This document shows positions 54,632 to 64,000 of a DNA stretch of 64,000 bases, in pieces. Position 1 is the stretch's first letter. The number at the start of each line of letters is the position of its first letter. The stretch comes from Bugula neritina. Taxonomy: Eukaryota > Animalia > Bryozoa. Location: contig OZ037770.1 of the NCBI GenBank assembly GCA_964035545.1, positions 11,986,463-12,050,462 on the forward strand, in the 5' to 3' direction. The position numbers were made by a program, and so were the translations under genes. Below the pieces are notes generated by a model. It saw only the letters and a list, made by a program, of their open reading frames with translations. It was not told the DNA's origin and searched no databases.

Positions 54632-56162
54632 GCGACTACTACTGTTACTACTACTGCTGCTACTACTACTACTACTATTACTATATACTGCGACTACTAC
54701 TGTTACTACTACTGCTACTGCTACTACTACTGCTACTACTACTACTACTGCTTCTACTGCCACTACAATAGTAATAAAAGTGACTAAGTATTAAAAGAGC
54801 AATTGCATACATGATATCATAAAATAGAATGAAATAAAAAACCGGTGTTACTACATAATCTCACTTAAGGTGAGAATTGTCTGCAAAACATTATATAAAT
54901 TTCTGTACATTTAATGCATTTAAACTATTGTTAAAAAATGTATAGCAAAGTTGGTATGTCTCATTTCTAATAGTATTAAAGTGATTTTCAAATAGTTCTG
55001 TGCAGCTAAAACATTCTCACTGTCTTTTTAATGCATTTATTGAAAAGATGGAGAGATTGGAAACTGATATATGGAAACGTTGCCTCAGGGGTGGTACCAG
55101 AAGTCGCTGGCATGTGGGTGGAGCCAATAGAAAACTCAAATGTCAGAGCAATAACTGGAGACTCGTGTATGAGAAGAGACAGTACCGGAAATATGGTTGC
55201 TCGGTGTCTTTTTAACCTTAAAGGTAGTTTTCTGGCAAACTCTGCATGTTCCTATCACCTCGAATGAGTATATACAGATGAACTACATTAGAATGGTTTA
55301 CGTTAACTTATGGTTGGGGGTTTCATTTAATGCAACTGTTTCCCAAACTCGAATAAAAAATCTATTTGCATAATGCAAAGCAATGAGAACGTAGAGATAA
55401 ATGACTAAAATTTTTTTCTTAAAATCTGTTGCAGCGTCTCAAGTTTGTAAAATATATTATTGAAAAAAAATCAACATGGGCTTATAGTAGCCATTCCTGT
55501 AAAACAAATAATGAAAAGGTTTTTAGGTGGGCTGAAGACTAAGTCTTGTTGTCTATCGCCAGAAAGAGACAATGATAGCTAAAAGCTTTTCGTATAGCAT
55601 CACCAATGGCTCTTACTTAAATTTTGAACTAATGACCTTGTGTTTACTAAGCCAGTACTATAACCACTGGAACAATGGTAGCTCCACAACAATGTTCCAT
55701 TATAATAATCAAAATAATATTGATGTATATATAGCGCTTTTTTCATATCCTTTCAATACCCTTCTAAAAACATACCTATAAGCACAAATAACTAGCTCCA
55801 ATGAATCATTTACAATTAAAATAATATGAGGCAATGCAGTGATTTGTAAATACAACTTAATACTTAAAAAGTGCTAATATGTCATTATCTTTTTGATTAC
55901 TTTTATTGTTTTGTTTATTGTTTCAGATGACCCACTTGAGCAGAGAAACTTGTTTGATGCAAAACCAGGCATCGTTCGACGACTACTAAAAAAAATTAAC
56001 CATTTTAAAAGAATTAGTGTAGAAAATGTATTCGCCATTCCAATCGGAGTGACTCCAAGGACTACTAGAAGTTTTGGCTCCTACACGGTTCCTCGGTTTG
56101 ATTTCTGCGCTCCTGTGATTGACTTTCCTTTACAGCCTCGCAATGCTAGTTGCAATACTTAA
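44125..56162 (+). CDS. Arylsulfatase B/I/J-like type I sulfatase (588 aa, secreted or lysosomal)
   Basis: 13 exons: 44125-44359, 46825-46936, 48863-48914, 49309-49412, 50172-50272, 50862-50932, 51623-51727, 52482-52560, 53026-53123, 53329-53569, 54224-54380, 55048-55223, 55927-56162, in continuous frame. Signal peptide, [20 protein letters not shown], formylglycine signature [14 protein letters not shown] (Cys codon 46929-46931), [62 protein letters not shown]. Confidence 0.95.
45034..45368. repeat. Compound (CA)n/(GCACAC)n/(CACTGCA)n satellite
   Basis: Blocks with 2-, 6- and 7-bp periods. Confidence 0.95.
45897..45951 (+). mobile_element. 3' fragment of the SINE family
   Basis: cctttccattaggggttcttgcagggatggtgactataaacttgtgtgagtttt matches the SINE 3' body. 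Confidence 0.7.
50551..50760. repeat. (CA)n-derived compound repeat with 12-bp higher-order units
   Basis: (CA)n grading into AAACACACACAC and AAACGCACACAC. Confidence 0.92.
54398..54765. repeat. (CTA/CTG)n trinucleotide repeat
   Basis: Direct observation; intronic, just after sulfatase exon 54224-54380. Confidence 0.95.
55527..55685 (-). mobile_element. Old degenerate SINE copy
   Basis: gggctgaagact...agcatcaccaatggc...gaccttgtgtttactaagcc...gctcc. Confidence 0.55.
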
Positions 56163-58031
56163 AATGACTTGTAGAACTTGAGATTAAGTAACTATTCCCT
56201 ATTACCATATATATATGAACAATCAATATTATAAAAGCAATAAACTTTGAGCCACACAAACTTTATAAAATATTTATATTTCTTGAGCAATTTTTGACTA
56301 AATTTCTCAATGTGTATGTGTTAATGGCAGCAACTGCAGTTGAGTGATGGCTTAATAATATATACCTAAAATATTTTAATATAATATTATGTCTATATTA
56401 CCTAAAAAATTTATAAATTGCTAAAATATATGATTTTTATGAGTGTACGCATAATTAGGAAAAGTTAATTTAAGCTATTTAATGGTTGCATGATATCTAA
56501 TACATGTATAACTTTTTATAGAATGTATTTTAAGATACCAGCTTTGCATGATAAGATAACTCTTTTCAAAGGTGATCAGGTGTTGGAGTTATCATCTCTT
56601 TCTACTCTTTTTGTATTGAGATTATGTAGAGAAATCCCTCTGGGATGGCAGTGACAGTAGGATAAATAAAATGTTGGAAACTATTATTAGTTTGCGATCA
56701 GGTTAATTTCTAACTGGCTATAGCAACTTAACCATTGGCTAACTTGAAATTCTTTAAAAAATATATCATTTTATATGGTAGATTGACCTTTTACATGTGA
56801 TGATTGTACATTGTTGTCTATTTTTCTGTTGTATTTTATGAAAACACACCAGTTTTGCTTTTCACTATTACTATAGAAGTCTTTTGGTTTGAAATAATAT
56901 AAAATCAAAATAGACATATAAGTTTTAAAATTATTCATAATTTAATGCCTATAATCGTGACTCACCCTCGCACTCAAACACACAATGCCCACAACAAATG
57001 CTCACACATGCAATTAAAATTTAGTTTTATGAAGTATAAAATATCTAACTACAGTTTTTGTTTATCAACTGTGTAAAATATAACTGCGATATCAGTTCTC
57101 TATAGAACAAGTAAAGCCATATAACTAAACTGCGCCAGTACGATGCTTTTCTACTGATGATGTAAACATTTTGGTGAGATTATGTTAATACATATTCCAT
57201 CACACCTACAATATTTTCTATTATATATATTTCATAAAACTTATACGGTTGGTAATTAAATTTTTTCCAATTGCAAAAACAACTTTGATGATAATTAATT
57301 AGCTATTGTATAACGTTTTGTGGAAACAAGCAAAATTAAACCCCTGCAGATTTTGAAAAATAGTCATAAGCTTAGCCGGTGTAGCTAATGTTTGAAGCAC
57401 TAACAGTTATTTCGTTTTATATAAATTACCTAGCTGTATGATATAATAAAGTTTTCAATAAAACTAACTTATAAATATATTTTAAACAAATAATATCTGG
57501 CTGAAAGCCTATACAATACAGCTTGTCTTAGCGTCAGAAATGCTTGCCTGAAAATTGATTTTGAAGATACACAAAGCTCGCCTAGATAGTTTTGTGTTGA
57601 AGAATATAATACTTTAGCAGAGTTATTTTTAACTGCAAGCCTTTTTCTATTTTCAAATTACAAAGTTCATTATCCTAGATTAAAGAATTTTATCAAAATG
57701 GTAGTTTGATTAGTTTCCTTTTATTAAAATTTCAAGTACTTTTTTTTTCTTTAATGTTGCTCGCTTAAAATCCTCTATTTTCTGAAATAAAATGATTGCA
57801 ACAAATATGAAGTGTTTTTAAATAAATAATATATTTTAAAAGAATTAAATCAAAAGCATAATATTTGTGCCACACTATTCAAAAGTCTAGAATCATTATA
57901 TTTGTAATGATATACTCTACAGATATTATGTAAAATAAAATAGAGTTTGCTCAGTTATGTAATATTGGGTTTAGCTATAAACAACTTTCTCTCTGCTATA
58001 GATTTACTTGGCTGCTAGAAAAAAGAAAGAA

Positions 58032-60618
58032 ATGGGTTTTCACTTGTTGACATGCAGAATGGGTATGTCTATCATTTTTTATAAACTTAATATTTTAGCA
58101 GTGTCAATAAATAGTATAAAAGTATAAAATAATATAAATATAAATATTTATAGTAGTTAAAGCAATAACTTGTTTGTCAATGCAACATATTGTAATGCAT
58201 TTTATCATATTGTAGTGACTAGTAAAATGACGTTTTAGAAAATTGTTAAAATATAAAATAATCAACTATATAAATACATAAATATACAATAAAAAGTACA
58301 ACAGTACATATCTATATATGTATATATATATCATTTTTATTTAAATCTTGTTTTGCCTTAGCTAATATTTTTCTATCAAAATTTTTTTTGCAGCTACAAA
58401 TTCTGATAATTTTAGATAAAAAATGAATTGGTGTGTTTAGTGCAAATTTTGCACAAATTATATATGTCAAAACATATTTTTCTGTTGCAATAAATCAACA
58501 ATAAATATATATGTAAACAAGTATATCTGTATAATATAATAGTTCATTAACCAGCTAATAAATTGGTTAATCTTTTTAAAAGCTGAATTACAACTAATAC
58601 TAAACATTAATTAGACATTGTATTACTGATAAGTTAATGTAAAGTATACAGTCATCAAGTAAAATATTATTATGTTTGATTTGTTTTTGCCTAGTGTTTA
58701 ATTGTTAAGATGCAAGATAAATATTTTGACACTTCAACATTTTGTCATTTCATTGTACAAGACTGTATGTTGCTTTTATAATTATAATTAAAAATATCGA
58801 TCATTGCTTACATAAAATACATATGGTAATGTTTTGTAGTGGTGTTGGTAGAGCTCACAGCTCTGGCAGTATTTGGTTACCAAACTGTCCTCTACAAGAG
58901 TTATGTCATGCCAGAATCTCTCTCCAACATTTCACAACTTGACTCTGGGACAGCCATTTCTACTCTCTACTGTGGTTTTGATTGTATGAGAAGAGAAGAA
59001 TGCAATGGATTCCCATATGATTGGCTAACCAAGAAGTGCTCTGTTAAGACATGTGTTAACCCTAATCTGTATTCTGAAGGACAGGGAGATGATTCTGATT
59101 TTTACATCAGAACAGATGTTGGACGCAGATCTAGCAAATTGCTAGCTAGGAGTAAGGGCATTTATTTAAAATTATTGCCTTGTATTGCTATACGTACATT
59201 TAGTCTGTTGAAAACAAATCAATTTTTGGTTTAAAACAATAATTAACTCCAACTTTAGAAGGCCTAATTTTAAATTTAAAAAAAATGTCTAGATTAAAAG
59301 CAGATCACTCCCTCACTCTACAGATAATACAAAAATACAATGGATCTTGTATATATATCTTCTAACTATAGAAGCTCACGCACTAGATACTTTTATTTTT
59401 CAGACAAGCCAGCAAAGCTTTCCTCTGTTCACACACCTTTTGAGGCAGAAAAAGCTGTTGATGGAATTTATGAAGTAGTAAATAAATCAATGGCACACAG
59501 TAGACATGAGACTAGACCATGGTGGAGAGTAGACCTGGGAGATGTACGCTGTGTCTGGGCTGTCAACATTCTGAATAGATATAAACGTAAGTTCAATTAC
59601 ATTCAAATATTATTAACATAAAACATATAATACAGATAGTGAAAATCAAAACAATTGCACCTTGATGTTAAGCACTATAAATTAGCCAGATTTCAACGCA
59701 ATAACCGTTTTAAATTCTTAATCTTAGACTTTCTAGCAAATTCAATATATTTTAACAATAATAAAAATTGCCAAAGCATGCAAACTAGAAAATCTAGCTG
59801 TTTAAATAACTATTACTTCAAAAAGATGGCTGAAATGCAACCTTTAAAAAGTTCAGAATCTATCATTAATATTGCTATATTGAATTGTGGATTTTATTAC
59901 CACAGATTTTTTTCCACAATTTAGTAGTTTTTATGCATATTATTGTTGCTTTTTGAAAAAATTGTATACTTATCATCACAGACTGAATGAAAAAAGTGAA
60001 TAATTGTGAGGGAACGTGTTGAGTGTATAATAGTCTCAAAATATTTTTTTGTCAAAATCGATGTATGCATAAGCAAAAATATAACAAAAAATACAGTTGA
60101 AGATGTCATAATATAAAAAAAGCTTTTCCAATATGTTCTTGCAATGTCACAACGGTTATATACTAGAAACAGTTTTCTGAATTGCATGCCACATTTAACC
60201 ATTGTCAAAAGGAAACCTAAAGTTTGACTCAATTTTTACAGATCAGTCAAATATCCACAGCTTTTCTATTTATTGTAGTAAAAATGTTATTTGTTTAAAT
60301 TATCTTAAAAAACACATTGCATGTAAAATATTATATAGTGTCCGGCTGTACTTTTTGAAATTTATTTAATTGGGGTTTTCAGGTGTACGTTTTAGCCAGA
60401 GGGCAAAGAACACAGAAGTAACAGTTGCTATGGTAAAGGAAGATATAGAGTTTACTGGATCTAACAGAGAAGTTCTGTGTAAATATGTTGCTGGTTATCT
60501 CAACAGATACTACACTCTGATTACATGTGATCAACCAATCAGTGGCCGCTTTGTTCAGATTCTGTTTAATGTCACAGATTGGTTAAACCTGCATGAGGTT
60601 GAAGTTCATGGTTATTAA
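58032..60618 (+). CDS. Secreted PAN/apple + F-type (fucolectin, F5/8C-like) lectin, 253 aa
   Basis: Exons 58032-58062, 58840-59151, 59404-59586 and 60383-60618 (phase-1 introns, frame continuous). Signal peptide MGFHLLTCRMVVLVELTALAVFG; PAN-type Cys pattern CGFDCMRREECNGFPY...C; F-lectin motifs LAR.KPA..SS, KAVDG, AHS...PWWRVDLG, V.I.NR, GRFVQI, LNLHEVEV. The first exon is less certain. Confidence 0.85.
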
Positions 60619-60745
60619 ACATGTACTATAGGTTACTGCTGGGTTTACAGTGCGTCTATAGGTGAACTATATAGTGAATTGGTATACAATTATAATCTAA
60701 GGGCTGTTGTACTTCCATATGTTTTTCTTATTTAATGTTGAGAAT

Positions 60746-61527
60746 CACGGGCTTTCCATGTACCGATCGATCTCAGCAAGATCGATCTGAGACATGTGCT
60801 CAGGTCGATCGTTTTTCCATGAGAGTGTCAGATCGATCTAGCGGAGTTGCCTCCTCTTAAGTGAAGAGTACTTTAATAACATAATTTTTTCACTCACTTG
60901 AGTGATAAAAGCTACCGCTGTTGAAAAACAAAATTTGCATAGTCTAAAAATTAACGTCAGCTATAAACTCTACGCAGTAAAGCTTTTAGTATGAAGTAAT
61001 TTGGCCAATTTAATGTAATTAATTTTAATATTTTCGCTTGACAGCTTATATAAAATTAATAGCTGTTGTGCAGATTATTAATAAACTTACGGGACTATTA
61101 GGCTTAAAACTATGCAGCAAACAACTAATGACAGTGCGTTATACTAGTCGTTTAAGTTCAATTTAAATGCTCTCACTTTTTGTATCTTCTACCGTCTATA
61201 ATTTTACATGATTAAGTTTTCCTAACCATTTTACTGAAAGTCAAAGTTTTACCACTTGAAAAAGTGGCTATCCTGATTATTAAATACCTTGCTTAGTAAT
61301 TAACAATAAGTTATCATTTTTATTAGCAGACAACATTTTAGCGAGCAGTCATTTTTCTACTTCTCGGATCGATCTTTCATCTTTCCATAGTCTTATTGCC
61401 TTGAGATCGATCTGAGTTCGAGCTCTACAGACCGACCAGCTCAGAACGACTGAGATCGATTTTTGACGTCTTTCCATGGATCGATCTCAGCGAGATCGAT
61501 CTGAGATCGGTACATGGAAAGCCAGTG
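60746..61527. mobile_element. Non-autonomous DNA transposon, 782 bp (CAC..GTG termini, 3-bp TSD; CMC/EnSpm-Chapaev or Harbinger-like)
   Basis: 23-bp TIR CAC(G/T)GGCTTTCCATGTACCGATC with 1 mismatch; AAT duplicated at 60743-60745 and 61528-61530; many subterminal GATCGATC and TTTCCAT repeats at both ends. Confidence 0.85.
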
Positions 61528-62244
61528 AATGAATCTTCCCCAAAGCAAATGACATAACTAATAGACAAGCTCATTTAGTACAAGAAGAATAAGCAAGGCT
61601 AATCAATGACTCAAAACTAACATGTATATTATTATACTCCATATTCAACAGCGACAACCTTTTATAATACCATGTGTTGTATTGTAAGCTATTTTTCTTT
61701 ACATTGCTTTATTGGTTAATATAATTCTATTTATTCCATTAACTTGATTGTCCGGTCAGTTTGATAGTGAATTGCATCTATGTGATTATAGTTATAGCTG
61801 TAACATCTGAAATGTGGTAATTGTGTTGCGCTACACATGACTGCCTGTAAGTTTTGATATTGGTTTTCTATAATGCTTATATTATTTTACATATATTGCA
61901 TTTCACATATCAATCTATTTAAAACATTTATTTGCTGTGAGAAGATGGAGTGTTGATTTGGATATAAGTTATGATGAATGCTTTTTGATGGTGAATATGT
62001 GTTATGCCACTGTAAATTGTATCACATTTATAAAATCTGGGTGTTATTCTAAAGCTAACTCATAATTTGTCATACATATATTATATATAATATAAATGTT
62101 TGAAATATCAAATTAAATTTATTTTTGCTCATATAAGTAATTAGAAAAAAAATCTTTAAGCAATATTAAGGAAATGTTAAACAAATAACTATTTGAATAA
62201 ATATTCAAGACTAAACGCATTCATATGTATTATATCTATATAAA

Positions 62245-62372
<128 letters not shown>

Positions 62373-62484
62373 GTATGCTGATTGTCAATCTAGTTGGAGT
62401 TCCAGCAAAGTAAAGTGCTCGATATCACGGGTGACAGAGCTAATATAATGTAGTGTGTTCAGATTGTTAATGATACATATATAT

Positions 62485-64000
62485 TTTTTATTTAAAAAAT
62501 CTCACACGACTATATAGTTTCGTACAGTAAACTGCACTCGTCAGGTGTTAGACTAAAAATAAATAAAATCTATGAAGCATACCGATTATTCAAATTTTTA
62601 CATAAAGAAAACTATCATGCTAAACACAACGTAAAACGAAATGCAAACATAGTAGTGGATTTGGTGTTATCTATTAATTAATTAAATTGCTCTTTTTCTA
62701 AAGGATTAGACTATAAAAGCTAGATGTTTGATGGAAAGGGTAATTTATAATAGGTAGTACTATGGTTGAGAATTGTTAGTATTGTTATGTGATGTTGCCC
62801 AGGTAGTGCTTACGTGCATGTCTGCATGTGGATAGAATCTCATTTCTGTTATTAAGGGAAGATTTGCTGGGCTGGTATATTATGAAATATTTTTCCCATA
62901 GGCAGAGGTTGCACCTTTTAGTGACTTTGTTGTATGAGTTGGTCTTTTTCATAATTTTCCATGTTATGTCAAAATGGGTGTTCTTGTCTTTTAGTTTCCA
63001 GATATATTTGCTCAATTCACTATGGTTCTTTTTTGTTTTGTTATTAAAAGTTGATTTGTGGTTATACAATCTGGTTTTGAATTCTGTTTCTGATGTTCCC
63101 ACGTAAGTCTGGGGTTGGCTGCCATCTTTGGTTGTAACTGTAGCTTGGTATATGATGCACTTTGTGAGGCATTTTCCATCTAGTGGGCACACTGTGCTGT
63201 TTCTGCAGTTACATTCTCGAGGAGGTTGGTTTGCTGGGTTGAGTAATCTTTTATTGTGGCTGTTGATTATGTTGTTTAAATTTCTGCAGCAGCTGTAACT
63301 GAGTTTTATGTTGTTTTTGTTGAAAATTTTGTAGAGTTTGTGATCTTTGGGTATTTCTTCCTCCAGGATTTTAAAAAATTGTTTTCCCAGGTTGCTTGTT
63401 ACACTTTTGGAGAATGGGGGGTTATACCATGTGATGTTTCGTCGTCTTTCTCTTTTTGGTCTGCTAGTGGTGTGTGTTGGCTGGAATGTTAGGTTATGTG
63501 TGTATCCACTTTTACTTAGAGCTTCTTGGTGTATTTTTGTTGTTTGACTGAAGACTTCTTCGTTAGATGAGAGATTGGAGAGCCTGTTGTTTATGGCATG
63601 TGGAATGTTTCTTGTGATATGGGGTGGATGGTTGGATTTGGAGTTTACATATAGGATTTCGCTGTTAGGTTTTACATGAGGTTTGTGTGTTCTTTTGCTA
63701 ATGTCAAAATTTATATCTAGATAGTTGACGACTTTTTTGTTTACTTCAATGGTGATATTTAGATTATGTTTTTGGAAAATTTTGCAGATTGATTTTTTAA
63801 TCCTATCTATATTTTTTGCAGTGTTGTTGATTACTCCTAGGCCGTCATCACAGTATAGACCGAAGGTATTTCCAAACTTCTGGTTGATTTTATATAGTAA
63901 AAATATGCCGACCTAAGTGCAACATTCTGCACCGTCATAGCTGCCCATTGTAATGTCAATGTACGAAACTATATAGTCGTGTGAGATTTTAAATAAAAAA
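62485..64000 (-). mobile_element. Penelope-like retroelement, 5'-truncated (C-terminal RT + GIY-YIG endonuclease) with inverted 3'-end copy at the 5' junction
   Basis: Minus frame 63960-62785 reads DITMGSYDGAEC..., YCDDG, VNYLDINFD, SNHPP, ITWYNPPFS, IKLSYSC, CNC...CPLDGKC, IIYQA...YVGTSETEFKTRLYNH, CNLCLWEK, LNNRNE..STCRH. This is typical of PLEs (Neptune-like by my recollection of the motifs). In-frame TAG at 63913-63915 and YRDD changed to YCDD, so the copy is inactive. Confidence 0.93.
62504..62548 (-). ncRNA. Minimal type-I hammerhead ribozyme in the PLE 3' end (pLTR)
   Basis: Minus strand reads ACAC-CUGACGA-GUGCAG-UUUA-CUGUAC-GAAA-CUAUAUA-GUC-GUGU. The core is complete, with 4-bp stem I, 6-bp stem II and palindromic stem III (ACUAUAUAGU). 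Predicted cleavage is 3' of GUC, between 62508 and 62507. Confidence 0.9.

Overview
AT-rich, intron-dense animal genomic DNA, probably from a marine invertebrate (a spiralian is a guess only). All gene models below were spliced by hand from GT-AG sites with frame continuity. In order: (1) DNA ligase III on the minus strand, 19 coding exons from the PARP-type zinc finger through the catalytic and OB domains, with the 3' end unresolved; (2) a 4-exon, 165-aa neuropeptide precursor (minus) predicted to release a disulfide-looped amidated peptide, DECSGVPANLRKLCLTNGAVI-NH2; (3) head-to-head with it, a 6-exon, 398-aa class-A 7TM protein (plus) with opsin hallmarks (Lys at 7.43, Glu at the 181 position, QPKLR after TM7) but degenerate G-protein activation motifs; (4) a 2-exon secreted Thr/Pro mucin-like protein capped at both ends by CxxxCxxxC triads; (5) a 13-exon arylsulfatase B/I/J-like gene; (6) a secreted PAN/apple plus F-type lectin; (7) a 5'-truncated Penelope-like retroelement with a minimal hammerhead ribozyme at its 3' end and an inverted copy of that end at its 5' junction. 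Interspersed are about 10 copies of one tRNA-derived SINE family, two related TAA-TSD MITEs, a CAC..GTG non-autonomous DNA transposon and many micro/minisatellites. The most promising undescribed system is the divergent opsin-like receptor paired head-to-head with an unassigned neuropeptide precursor.
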